Shown: positions 16,271 to 25,821, counted from the first letter of the stretch. The stretch is 44,247 nt of DNA from Candidatus Bipolaricaulota bacterium (GCA_026390315.1 JAPLGE010000103.1:1-44247), one strand, 5' to 3'. Notes: a model not told the origin generated them from the letters alone. Program-made: numbers and translations.

Positions 16271-17102
16271 CGATGTCTCCTTCAACTCTGCTTCCGCAAC
16301 GGGTTGGACCGCAGAGGAAGACCTGCGCTTGAGTGAACGCCCGCTCGAGCTCTCGCGCCGCGGCGGCCGCACTCTCTCGCTTGACGAACGCGGCGAAGAA
16401 GGCCGAACCGCTTCCGCTCATTCCGGTGAAGTGGGCGCCGAGGGCGCGCACCCCGCGCCGGTAGGGGAGGAGGTCCGGGTAGAGTTCCACGGCCGCCTCC
16501 TCGAGGTCGTTCACTCCCAGCTCGAGGGTTTCGCGAGGAGCGGTAGGTCTGGGGATGAGCCGGTCGAAACGCGCGTAGACGAGGGAGGTCACGCAATGCA
16601 CCGGCGGTACCAGGACGACGAACTGCTCGTCGCCACCGAAGGGAAGCCCCGTGACTCTCTCGCCCGCTCCCTCCATGCGGAGCCTCCCACCGGTCAGGAA
16701 GAGGGAGACGTCCGCGCCCAGCCGCCTCGCGAGGTCGGCGAGCCGCGTGCGCGGCAGGCGAGGCGGGGTGAGACGATCGAGCGCCGCAAGCACCGCGGCA
16801 GCGTCGCTCGATCCGCCTCCGAGTCCCGCCCCAGCAGGGATCCGCTTCTCGACCGTGATCTCCACCCCGCAGGGATCCCCTTTCTCTCGCAAGAGGAGCG
16901 TGGCCGCCCGGGCGGCCAGGTCTTCGCCGGGCGGGAGTGCAAGGCTATTCTCCACGGTAACCCCTTCTTCTCTCCGCTCGACCGTGAGGCGATCGGCGAG
17001 GTCGACCGTCTGAACGAAAGACTCGATCGCGTGGAGTCCGTCCTCCCGGCGGCCGACGACCCTCAGGGCGAGGTTCAGCTTGGCGTAGGCAAGAACCTTC
17101 AT
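16254..17102 (-). CDS. ispE: 4-(cytidine 5'-diphospho)-2-C-methyl-D-erythritol kinase
   Basis: AKLNLALRV plus the GHMP kinase motif IPAGAGLGGGSSDAAA. 4-nt overlap with the hutI stop. Confidence 0.9.
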   Translation of the reverse strand: MKVLAYAKLNLALRVVGRREDGLHAIESFVQTVDLADRLTVERREEGVTVENSLALPPGEDLAARAATLLLREKGDPCGVEITVEKRIPAGAGLGGGSSDAAAVLAALDRLTPPRLPRTRLADLARRLGADVSLFLTGGRLRMEGAGERVTGLPFGGDEQFVVLVPPVHCVTSLVYARFDRLIPRPTAPRETLELGVNDLEEAAVELYPDLLPYRRGVRALGAHFTGMSGSGSAFFAAFVKRESAAAAARELERAFTQAQVFLCGPTRCGSRVEGDIDADCD

Positions 17103-18313
17103 CCGGGCCGCTCGTAGACGACTCTCCCGCCCTGGATGACCGCGGCCACAGGCACCTGTCCGAAGAAGTAGGGAATCTGGCGGTAGTTCTCGAGATCAAG
17201 CACGACGAGATCGGCCGCCTTCCCTTCCTCGACGGATCCGACCTCTTCGGCCAGTTCGAGGGCGCAGGCGGCGTTCAGGGTCGCCGCCGTAAGGGCCTCC
17301 GCGATCGTCAGGCGCATCTTCATGACGGCCAAGCCGATGATCGTTAGCATGGAGTGGATCAGACACGTCCCGGGGTTGAAGTCGGTCGCCAGGGCGACCG
17401 GGAGCCCGAGGTCGATCATGCGACGGGCGGGCGCGTAGTCGAGGCCGAGCGTGAACGCGGTCCCCGGAAGGAGAACGGGAATGACTCCCGCCTCCTTCAG
17501 CGCAGCCATCCCCTTCTCGCTCACCTTCAAGAGGTGATCGGCCGAGGTCGCCTCGAGCTCCGCGGCGAGCTCCGCGCCGCCGACCGGCGCGAGCTCATCC
17601 GCGTGAAGCTTGAGCCGGAGGCCGGCGCCCCGCGCCGCGCGAAGGATCGTGCGGGTCTCCGCCACCGTGTAGAAGTCCCGGTCGCAGAAAACGTCACAGA
17701 ACTGAGCCAGGCGCCTCCGTCGCACCGCGGGGATCATCTGGGTGATGATGGAGAGGATGTAATCGTCGCGACGGATGCCCACAGGAAACGCGTGTGCCCC
17801 GAGGAACGTCGCGACAAGCCGCATCGGCAGGGAGCGGCGCAGCTGGCGGACGGCGACAAGAAGCTTCGTCTCTCCGTCGAGCGAGAGGCCGTAGCCGCTC
17901 TTCACCTCCGCCGTGGTCGTGCCGCAGGCCAGCATCTCGCCGAGGTAGCGCCGGCCCGTCTCGATGAGGTCCTCTTCGCGCGCTCGGGCCACTGCCTGGG
18001 CCGTGGCGAGGATCCCGCCGCCGTCGTAGGGGAGGCCTTGGAGGCGGGCGAGGAACTCGTCTTCGCGGGTGCCCGCGAACACGGCGTGCGTGTGAGGGTC
18101 GACGAGGCCCGGGATGACGACTCCCCCACGGGCGTCGACCGTCTGCGCGACGCTCCTCGGGTCGAGCCGCGGGCCAATCTTCGCGACCCGTTCCCCTTCC
18201 ATCAAGACGTCGACCCCTTCGCAGACGGAAAGCTCGTTCATCCGCCTTCCGCCGACCGGCCCTCTCCCGCGAGGGGTGACGAGCTGGCCGATGTGGGTCA
18301 AGAGAGTCTGCAT
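17099..18313 (-). CDS. hutI: imidazolonepropionase
   Basis: DPHTHAVFAG, KSGYGLS, HADELA and ATDFNPGTC amidohydrolase blocks. ATG 18313 is chosen because the best promoter -10 (18330-18335) lies downstream of the alternative GTG at 18340. Confidence 0.88.
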   Translation of the reverse strand: MQTLLTHIGQLVTPRGRGPVGGRRMNELSVCEGVDVLMEGERVAKIGPRLDPRSVAQTVDARGGVVIPGLVDPHTHAVFAGTREDEFLARLQGLPYDGGGILATAQAVARAREEDLIETGRRYLGEMLACGTTTAEVKSGYGLSLDGETKLLVAVRQLRRSLPMRLVATFLGAHAFPVGIRRDDYILSIITQMIPAVRRRRLAQFCDVFCDRDFYTVAETRTILRAARGAGLRLKLHADELAPVGGAELAAELEATSADHLLKVSEKGMAALKEAGVIPVLLPGTAFTLGLDYAPARRMIDLGLPVALATDFNPGTCLIHSMLTIIGLAVMKMRLTIAEALTAATLNAACALELAEEVGSVEEGKAADLVVLDLENYRQIPYFFGQVPVAAVIQGGRVVYERPG

Positions 18314-18329
18314 ACGGGGTCCGAGATCG

Positions 18330-18358
18330 AGTATAGTCACGGGAGTGGAACTTTACAA
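18330..18358 (-). promoter_or_regulatory. promoter of the hutI-ispE-cmk-plsC transcription unit
   Basis: The minus strand reads TTGTAA (18358-18353), 17-nt spacer, TATACT (18335-18330). The -10 box ends 16 nt before ATG 18313. Confidence 0.55.
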
Positions 18359-18398
18359 CGATTCTCAGGCTCGCACCGATCCGGCGCACGGGGACACG

Positions 18399-19892
18399 AT
18401 GGTCAACTTGGATGGGAGCACGTTGTCTCTGAGCAGTGCCGGGCGGGTGGTGTTTGCCGGCGAGCGGGTCCGCGTCGACGCAACAGCGCGAGAGAGGGCG
18501 GAGCGGTCTCAGAGGGCGGTCGCCCGGATCGTCTCCCAAGGGAAGCCCGTGTACGGCATCAACACAGGATTGGGACGCCTGAGCGATCGGTCGGTCTCGA
18601 ACGAGCGCCTGCGGGAACTTCAGCACAACATCATCCGCTCCCACGCGGCCGCCGTTGGGGATCCACTTCCGGAGGAGGCCGTGCGGGCGATCCTCCTTTT
18701 CCGCGTCAACTCTCTCTTGAAGGGGAACTCCGGGATCCGCATGGAGGTCGTCGACTGCCTGGTCGACCTTCTGAACGCGCGGATCCACCCCGTCGTGCCG
18801 GCCCAGGGATCGGTGGGGTCGTCGGGGGACCTCGCGCCGCTCGCGCACCTCGCCCTGGTCATCCTCGGTGAGGGCGAGGCCGTTCAGGATGGCGTGAAGC
18901 TTCCGGGGAAGGAAGCGCTCGCCCGGGTCGGACGCGAGCCCCTCACCCTGTTCCCTAAGGAGGGGCTGGCACTCCTCAATGGCACGCAGTACATGAGCGG
19001 CCTGGGGTATCTGGCCTACGCCCGCGGGGAACGCCTGCTACGGGCGGCCGTCATCGCCGCCGCACTCTCGCTCGAGGCCCTCACGGCGTTCTCTGCCCCC
19101 CTCGACGAGCGGGTCCACGCCGCTCGTCCTCACGCGGGGCAGGTCGACGTCGCGCGATGGCTGCGAGAACTCCTCTCCGGCAGCCGCCTGCTCGACACGG
19201 CGCAGGATGACGTTCAGGATGCCTACTCTCTTCGGTGCATCCCGCAGGTCCTCGGCCCGGCGGTCGAGGCCCTGTCCTTTCTTGAGACAAAGCTCGTGAT
19301 CGAGGTGAACGCGTCCACGGACAACCCGCTCGTCTTTCCCGACGGGGCCGTCCTCTCGGGCGGCAACTTTCACGGAGAGATTCTTGGCCTCGCCCTGGAG
19401 ATGGCCACGATGGCCCTGGCCGAAGTCGGGAGCCTCGCCGAGCGGCGGATCGACCGTCTGCTCGCGAGCCCGGGCCGCGGGCTTCCTCCCTTCCTCGCCC
19501 ACGAGCCGGGACTCGAGTCCGGCCTGATGGTCGCCCAGTACACCGCCGCGGCCCTCGTGAGCGAGAATAAGGTCCTTTGCCACCCTGCGGTCGTTGACTC
19601 GATTCCCACCTCGGGAGGAAAGGAAGACCACAACAGCATGGGCTCCATCTCCGCCCGAAAAGCCCTCGCGGTTCTAGACAACCTAGAACGAGTCATTGGT
19701 GTGGAGTTTCTGTGCGCGGCGCAAGCGCTCGACTTCCGCGGGGTCGACGGGATGGCGCCCCGAACGCGGAAGGCCTACGAGCGAGTGCGGAGCCTTGTCG
19801 TGCACGTGGCCTGCGACCGTCCTCTCTCCTCCGACATCGAGCGGCTGGCCGCCGCGGTCCGCTCTGGGGAGATCGTCGATGAGCTCCTTTAG
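18399..19892 (+). CDS. hutH: histidine ammonia-lyase
   Basis: YGINTGLGRL, GSVGSSGDLAPLAHL (MIO loop) and NPLVFPDG, about 497 aa. Start trimmed to ATG 18399. Confidence 0.9.
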   Translation: MVNLDGSTLSLSSAGRVVFAGERVRVDATARERAERSQRAVARIVSQGKPVYGINTGLGRLSDRSVSNERLRELQHNIIRSHAAAVGDPLPEEAVRAILLFRVNSLLKGNSGIRMEVVDCLVDLLNARIHPVVPAQGSVGSSGDLAPLAHLALVILGEGEAVQDGVKLPGKEALARVGREPLTLFPKEGLALLNGTQYMSGLGYLAYARGERLLRAAVIAAALSLEALTAFSAPLDERVHAARPHAGQVDVARWLRELLSGSRLLDTAQDDVQDAYSLRCIPQVLGPAVEALSFLETKLVIEVNASTDNPLVFPDGAVLSGGNFHGEILGLALEMATMALAEVGSLAERRIDRLLASPGRGLPPFLAHEPGLESGLMVAQYTAAALVSENKVLCHPAVVDSIPTSGGKEDHNSMGSISARKALAVLDNLERVIGVEFLCAAQALDFRGVDGMAPRTRKAYERVRSLVVHVACDRPLSSDIERLAAAVRSGEIVDELL

Positions 19893-20778
19893 GTCAGGGT
19901 TTGTCGGGATCCTCGGCCAGACGAACGTCGGCAAGTCGACCTTCCTGAACGCCGTGATGGGACAGAAGCTCGTCATCACCTCGCCGAAGCCGCAGACGAC
20001 CCGGAATCGAGTCCGCTGTATCTACACGACTGAGGAGGCCCAGATCGTGTTCGTGGACACCCCGGGCCTTCATCGGCCGAGGAACCGCTTGGGGCGTCAC
20101 CTCGTGCGCGAGGCGTTCCGCGCGTTGCGGGGCCTCGACGTCCTGGTGTACGTCGTCGAACCGTGGCGGAGCGTCCGAAGCCAGGATCGACTCCTCCTTG
20201 ACCAAGTGACCAGCGCGGACCGCCCCACGCTTCTCTTGGTGAATAAGATAGACCTCGCGCGCGGAAACGACCTCGAGGAGACTCTGCTTGCCTACGAGTC
20301 GACCGGGATCTTCGCGGAACTGATCCCGATCTCGGCCGCCAAGGGCACGAACCTCGACGAAGCCTTGCGTACGATCCTTGTCCATCTCCCTGAGGGACAG
20401 CCGCACTTCCCGGCGGACACACGGGTGGACCAGTCGGACGAATTCCTCGTGGCGGAGCTCATCCGCGAGAAGGTCATTCGCCACACGTCCCAGGAGATCC
20501 CGTACTCAACCGCGGTGCGAGTCAAGTGGCTGACCGGCCGGGAGGATGGGCTTCTGGACATTCAGGCCGAGATCATCGTCGAAAAGGATTCGCAGAAAGG
20601 TATAATCATTGGCGCTCGAGCGAGCATGATCAAAGAGATCGGAACCGAAGCGAGGAGCGACATCGAATCCCTGCTGGGGACGCGGGTCTTCCTCGATCTG
20701 AGGGTGTCGATCCAGAAAGGCTGGACCCACGACGAGCGCGCGATCGAGCGACTGGCGGGCGGCGGGTCGAAGCCCTGA
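19879..20778 (+). CDS. era: GTPase Era
   Basis: G1 GQTNVGKST, G3 DTPG, G4 NKID, and a C-terminal KH domain. ATG 19879 overlaps the hutH 3' end by 14 nt. Confidence 0.92.
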   Translation: MSSFRSGFVGILGQTNVGKSTFLNAVMGQKLVITSPKPQTTRNRVRCIYTTEEAQIVFVDTPGLHRPRNRLGRHLVREAFRALRGLDVLVYVVEPWRSVRSQDRLLLDQVTSADRPTLLLVNKIDLARGNDLEETLLAYESTGIFAELIPISAAKGTNLDEALRTILVHLPEGQPHFPADTRVDQSDEFLVAELIREKVIRHTSQEIPYSTAVRVKWLTGREDGLLDIQAEIIVEKDSQKGIIIGARASMIKEIGTEARSDIESLLGTRVFLDLRVSIQKGWTHDERAIERLAGGGSKP

Positions 20779-20788
20779 GGGTGATGAA

Positions 20789-23563
20789 ATGCGGGACCCG
20801 GTTGGAGCGCGCCTTCTTCTGGTGAGCGGGGACGAGGCCGTGCGGAAGATGGTCACGGACCTCGTCGCTCCGTGGGGATGCGCCCTCGAGCTCGCGGACG
20901 AAGCGGAGGCCGCGCTCCGTGCTGCAGCGGGCGGGCCGCTCGATGCCATCCTACTCGACCTTGCGAGTCCGGGCGTCTCCCGACTAGACCTGGTGACGAG
21001 TCTCCGCGCGGCCGCACCGGCGGCCGAGCTGATCGCGCTCGCGGCCGGGCGCCCTGCAAAGGGAGCGCGGCGCCTACCAGCCGAGGCTGTACTTCTCGTC
21101 GAGAGGCCGATTGAGCCGAGTCGTCTCAAAGAGGCCCTCGAGCGCTCTCTCGAGCGCCGGCGGCTGGTGAACACCCTGAGAGAGGAGCGAGCCCGCTACG
21201 AGCAGCTGGTGAACCGCGTTCCGGTAGGAGTCTTCGAGATACGGGACGGCCTCTTCAGCTACGTCAACCGCTACCTCCTTGACCTCGGCGGCTACTGCGA
21301 GGAAGAGATCCTCGGACAGTCCCCCCTCGAGTTCGTCGCTCCCGCCGACCGGGAGCGGCTTAGGGCGAACCTGGGCGTTCGCATGCAAGGCGAGTTGTCC
21401 GTGGTGAAGCCTGTGTACGCGTTTCTGCGGAAGGGCGGTGGGACGATTCGGGCACAGGTCGAGTCGCACCTTACGGCGACGCCGGAGGGCCTCGTTCTGG
21501 CGGGAACCCTGCGCGACATCACGAGCGAAACCCGCCTCGCCCGTCTTCAGCGGACCGTCCTCGCTCTGGGGGAGACGATTCTTCTCGAGCGCGACGCGGA
21601 GAGGATCCTGAACCTCGTGCTGGAGGGGATCATCGAGCACAGCGGGTTCCAGCGCGCCGTCGTCTCCTTGTACGACCTCACCGCCGCCAACCCGTTCGAG
21701 GGTGACGTCTACAAGAGGTTGGCGGCCGGACTTACCCCCGCAGAGCGTGAACGGCTGCTATTCTCCGTCCCGATCTCCCCAGACCAACGGCGGGCGGCCT
21801 TCTCCGATCGGTTCAAGCTGGGAGCGGGCTACTACATCCCTCACGATCGGGTCCCCTGGGAGGAGGATTCCGGGGTCAGCGGGACCGTGACGATCGACGG
21901 CTGGCACAAGGACGACTATCTGTTCATCCCGCTCCGAGGAGAGGCGGGGATCATCGGGCACATTTCCGTGGACGACCCGATCGACCAGAGCGCGCCGACG
22001 GTCGAGTCGATCGAACCGGTCGCCTGTCTCGCGAACTTCGCCGCGTTGGCCGTGGAACGCGTGCACAAGCTCAAGCAGCTGGAGCGCCAGAAAGAGCGTC
22101 TACACGGCCTCTCCCAGTTTGGCCGCGAGCTCTCTCAGGCGAGCGAGATTGAGATCCTGTGCGAGCTCGCTGCCAAGCGCCTGCGGGACGACATGGACTA
22201 CGATTTCTGCGAGGTCTGGCTGATCGAAGGCGCGAACCTCGTGCTGCAGGGAATCGCGTGCCAGGACGTCTTCGCGCAGACCGCGCTTCCGGAGAAGAAC
22301 ACGCGCGTTCCCCTTCTCCAGACGGGTGCCGTCCGCTGGGTTGCTGAGCATCAAGAGCCACTCCTCATTCCTGACGTGCGCCGGGAGCCCCGCTACCAGC
22401 GCGCGCGGGACGCCGTCCTCTCGGAGATCGCGGTCCCCATCCTCGGGCGGAAGGGAACCCTCGGGGTGATCAACGCCGAGAGCGGTCGGGCTGGTGCGTT
22501 TGGAGCCCAGGACGTCGAGATTCTGACGTCACTCGCGAGCCAGCTCTCCGTCGCGATCTCGAATGTCAGGCGGAGCGAGTCCCTCACCCGCATCTACCTC
22601 CTCGGACAGCAGTTGGCGGAGGCGACGTCTCTGGATCAGCTCATCGCGAGCACGCTCTCCTTCCTCGGCGACCACTACGGCGTGGAGCACGGCGCGGTAC
22701 TCCTGCGCGAGGGGACCGAGCTCGTCATCCGCGGAGTGAGAAGCCCGGGAGAAGGTCGGACCTTGACCGAGGGCGCGAGGATCCCGTTCACGGAGGGGAT
22801 CGTCGGCCGCGTCGCGGCCACCCGTCGCTGCGCGCTGGTGAATGACGTAGCGACCGATCCCGCGTACGTCGCTGGGTTCGAGGGGATTCGCTCCGAGCTC
22901 GCGGTCCCGATGACCCTCGCGGGGGAGCTTCTTGGCGTGCTGAACGTGGAGAGCCCGCGTCCCGGCTTCTTCGACGAGGAGGACCAGCAGCTCATGGAGG
23001 CCGTGGCGAATGAGAGCGCGATCGCTATCTCGAACCTCCGGTCGCAGGAGAACCTCCGCCGACAGGCCGCCCTCGACCCTCTCACGGGGCTCTACAACCG
23101 ACAGTACTTCAACGAAGCGATCGGGCCGGAGTTGAAACGAGCGGACCGGTACGATCATCCCCTCACGCTGATGATGATCGACGTGGACGGCTTCCGCGCG
23201 GTAAACAACCGGCTCGGCCACCTGAGGGGAGACGAGGTCCTGCGCGAGGTCGCACGATTCCTCTTGGAGAACGTGCGAGAGACAGACCGCGTCATTCGCT
23301 ACGGGGGCGACGAGTTCCTCGTCCTGATGCCGGAGACCGACGGGGAGTCGCTGCGGGTAGCGAGCCGCCTGAAGGAGCGGATCGCGGAGGTGCCGCGGAG
23401 GCTTAACCTCGCCGGCGTCGAGATCGGCCTCAGCGTGGGGCTCTACACTCGCGAACCGCGTGACCCGCGTTCCGTTGAGGGGATCTTGCACGAGGCCGAC
23501 CGCCGGATGTACGCCGACAAGCGCGCCACGCACGGCGGCGAGTCTCATGACTATCGCTATTGA
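20789..23563 (+). CDS. multidomain diguanylate cyclase: atypical receiver - PAS - 3x GAF - GGDEF
   Basis: N-terminal REC-like fold (LLLVSGDE ... ILLDL ... ERPIEP). PAS (VGVFEIRDGLFSYVNRYLLDLGGYCEEEILGQ). Three GAF modules, each ending ...LGVINAES / LGVLNVES. C-terminal GGDEF domain with an intact GGDEF and an RETD I-site 5 residues upstream. Confidence 0.88.
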   Translation: MRDPVGARLLLVSGDEAVRKMVTDLVAPWGCALELADEAEAALRAAAGGPLDAILLDLASPGVSRLDLVTSLRAAAPAAELIALAAGRPAKGARRLPAEAVLLVERPIEPSRLKEALERSLERRRLVNTLREERARYEQLVNRVPVGVFEIRDGLFSYVNRYLLDLGGYCEEEILGQSPLEFVAPADRERLRANLGVRMQGELSVVKPVYAFLRKGGGTIRAQVESHLTATPEGLVLAGTLRDITSETRLARLQRTVLALGETILLERDAERILNLVLEGIIEHSGFQRAVVSLYDLTAANPFEGDVYKRLAAGLTPAERERLLFSVPISPDQRRAAFSDRFKLGAGYYIPHDRVPWEEDSGVSGTVTIDGWHKDDYLFIPLRGEAGIIGHISVDDPIDQSAPTVESIEPVACLANFAALAVERVHKLKQLERQKERLHGLSQFGRELSQASEIEILCELAAKRLRDDMDYDFCEVWLIEGANLVLQGIACQDVFAQTALPEKNTRVPLLQTGAVRWVAEHQEPLLIPDVRREPRYQRARDAVLSEIAVPILGRKGTLGVINAESGRAGAFGAQDVEILTSLASQLSVAISNVRRSESLTRIYLLGQQLAEATSLDQLIASTLSFLGDHYGVEHGAVLLREGTELVIRGVRSPGEGRTLTEGARIPFTEGIVGRVAATRRCALVNDVATDPAYVAGFEGIRSELAVPMTLAGELLGVLNVESPRPGFFDEEDQQLMEAVANESAIAISNLRSQENLRRQAALDPLTGLYNRQYFNEAIGPELKRADRYDHPLTLMMIDVDGFRAVNNRLGHLRGDEVLREVARFLLENVRETDRVIRYGGDEFLVLMPETDGESLRVASRLKERIAEVPRRLNLAGVEIGLSVGLYTREPRDPRSVEGILHEADRRMYADKRATHGGESHDYRY

Positions 23564-24407
23564 GCCCCTGACGTCCCACGAGAGTCTGCTTGCCTGCGAA
23601 CGTCTGCAGCGCAAGACGGCGAGCGAGGGGCGCGAGGTTCTGCCGGCGGCCCTTCTCGTCGCGGTCGGACGAAGCGGGGGGATCCTTCTCGGCGCCTACG
23701 ACGGCGACGGCGAGTCGCCGCCGCTTTGCGGGTGCCTGATCGACCTTGTGAGCCGCTACGAAAACAGCCCCGCTCGCCTCACGCTCGTCCACACGGTCGC
23801 CAAGGAGGCCCGAAACCGCGGAATCGGGTACCTCCTGCGGGCGAAAGAGCGGGAGGCGTGCCGAAGCGAAGGCGCGAAGGTCGTGACGTGGACGATCGAC
23901 GCCCTGCGCAGCGCGGAGGCGCACTTCGCCTTCAACAAACTGGGAGCGATCGCCGTGGCATACGAGCGGAACCTGTTCGGGGAGCGGGGCGAGCCGGGAA
24001 GCCACGGCCTGGCGAGGGATCGCCTGGCCGTGGAGTGGTGGATCGATTCCCCGCGTGTGTCGGCCATTCTCGATCACGGCGAGCTGCCCCCGCACTTCCG
24101 CCTAGGCCTCGATCGGATGGACGTGGCGACGCGGACGGCCCTCGCGGAGAACGGACTCCGTCGGCTCATCGGTCTCAGGGAGGACCTGCGCAGCGATCTC
24201 GTCCTCGTCGAGGTCCCCACGGACCTGGACGCCATGTGGGGACTCGACCCGGCTCTGGCCCGCGACTGGCGGCTCAAGACGCGGGAGTGCTTCGAGCGGC
24301 TGTTCGCCGCAGGGTACATCGCGTGCGGGTTTGTGCACGAGGCGGGCCGCAGCTTCCACCTCCTGGAGCGGGTGCCTCGGGATGTCTTTCGGAAGCGGGC
24401 CGCGTAG
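23547..24407 (+). CDS. GNAT-fold protein with uncharacterised C-terminal domain
   Basis: ATG 23547 overlaps the cyclase 3' end by 17 nt. Acetyl-CoA pocket-like RNRGIGYLL. A C-terminal half of about 120 aa has no motif I recognise. Confidence 0.6.
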   Translation: MTIAIEPLTSHESLLACERLQRKTASEGREVLPAALLVAVGRSGGILLGAYDGDGESPPLCGCLIDLVSRYENSPARLTLVHTVAKEARNRGIGYLLRAKEREACRSEGAKVVTWTIDALRSAEAHFAFNKLGAIAVAYERNLFGERGEPGSHGLARDRLAVEWWIDSPRVSAILDHGELPPHFRLGLDRMDVATRTALAENGLRRLIGLREDLRSDLVLVEVPTDLDAMWGLDPALARDWRLKTRECFERLFAAGYIACGFVHEAGRSFHLLERVPRDVFRKRAA

Positions 24408-24446
24408 ACTAGAGACACCGGAGGATCGACTTCGGACGGAGGAGGA

Positions 24447-25118
24447 ATGCGTAAGACGGAGCTTGCCAAACGGATTGACCACACCCTGCTTGGCCCGACG
24501 GCCTCGCGCGCGGAGGTCGCCCGATGCTGCGAGGAGGCGAGGAAGTACGGGTTCGCGTCGGTCGCCCTCAACCCCTGTCACGCCGCGCTCGCCCGGGAGC
24601 TCCTCAAGGAGTCGGCCGTCAAGGTGTGCGTGACGATCGGGTTCCCACACGGCATGACGACAAGCGAGGCGAAGGCCTTCGAGGCGCAGAAGGCGATCGC
24701 CGACGGGGCCGACGAGCTGGACATGGTCGTGAACGTAGCCGCCCTGAAGGAGGGGGACTACGCCGCGGTCCTCTCCGACATCCGCGCGGTCTCTGCGGCG
24801 GCGGGGAAGGCTCCGCGACCGGTCCTCGTCAAGGTGATCCTCGAGACCGCTCTGCTCACCGATGGGGAGAAGGTGGCCGGCGCGATCCTCGCCAAGGCGG
24901 GAGGCGCGCAGTTCGTGAAGACCTCCACAGGTTACGGACCGTCGGGGGCGACCGCCGCGGACGTCGCCCTGCTGCGGCGGACGGTGGGCGAAGGGATGGG
25001 CGTCAAGGCCTCCGGCGGGATCCGCGACTACGCGACCGCCGTGGCGATGATCGAGGCGGGGGCGAACCGAATCGGCTCGAGCCGAAGCCTGGCCATCCTC
25101 GAAGGAGCGTCGGAGTAG
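24447..25118 (+). CDS. deoC: deoxyribose-phosphate aldolase
   Basis: IDHTLL, ELDMVVN, FVKTSTG (Schiff-base Lys) and KASGGIR. GGAGGAGG SD. Confidence 0.92.
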   Translation: MRKTELAKRIDHTLLGPTASRAEVARCCEEARKYGFASVALNPCHAALARELLKESAVKVCVTIGFPHGMTTSEAKAFEAQKAIADGADELDMVVNVAALKEGDYAAVLSDIRAVSAAAGKAPRPVLVKVILETALLTDGEKVAGAILAKAGGAQFVKTSTGYGPSGATAADVALLRRTVGEGMGVKASGGIRDYATAVAMIEAGANRIGSSRSLAILEGASE

Positions 25119-25119
25119 A

Positions 25120-25821
25120 GTGGGCCTCTCCAAGGGCGAGGCGTTCGTCTTTCGCGCCCGCGCGTTCGCTGAGTCAGATCTGATCGTCACCCTCTTCACC
25201 GAGCGCTGGGGAAAGCGGACCCTCATCGCCAAGCGGGCGCGGCGATTCGACTCCCCGTTGGGGGGCGCCTTCGATCTCCTGAACCGCGTGGAGGTGGTCT
25301 TCTATCCACGGGCGCGCATGGACCTCGTCAGTCAAGCGAGTCTCCTCGAAGGGTATACGGAGCTCAAGCGCGACCTGGAAGGGACCTCGACGGCCCTCGC
25401 CGTCGCGCGGGCGCTGGATCGGCTCTTGGCCCCTCATCAAGAGGAGAAGGAGACTTACGGGCTCTTCCGCCGCTTCCTCGACCTTCTGGAGAGGAAAGAG
25501 GCTCCGATCGACCGTGTCAAGCTCGCGGCGACCCTCAAGGTCCTCGCGCTCTCCGGACATCGACCGCAGCTTGTGGCGTGCGTCGCCTGTGGTAAGAGGA
25601 GCGGATCCGTCTCCTTCTCCTGCGAGCGCGGCGGGCTCCTCTGTGAAGGCTGCGCGCGCGGGGGCGAGTTCGCGGTGAGCCGGGGCCTTGCCCTCGCTCT
25701 TGACTCGCTCCTGCGTCTGCCTCTCGAGCGCTCGGGAGTGGTCGCGCTGTCGGCGGAAGACGCGGTCCTCGCCGGTGAGGTCCTGTCAAGCTACGTCGCT
25801 CGCTGCGCGTCCGGCTCTTGA
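25120..25821 (+). CDS. recO: DNA repair protein RecO
   Basis: N-terminal OB fold (GEAFVFRARAFAESDLIVTLFT) and a zinc-finger-like CVACGK...LLCEGC. Confidence 0.88.
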   Translation: MGLSKGEAFVFRARAFAESDLIVTLFTERWGKRTLIAKRARRFDSPLGGAFDLLNRVEVVFYPRARMDLVSQASLLEGYTELKRDLEGTSTALAVARALDRLLAPHQEEKETYGLFRRFLDLLERKEAPIDRVKLAATLKVLALSGHRPQLVACVACGKRSGSVSFSCERGGLLCEGCARGGEFAVSRGLALALDSLLRLPLERSGVVALSAEDAVLAGEVLSSYVARCASGS

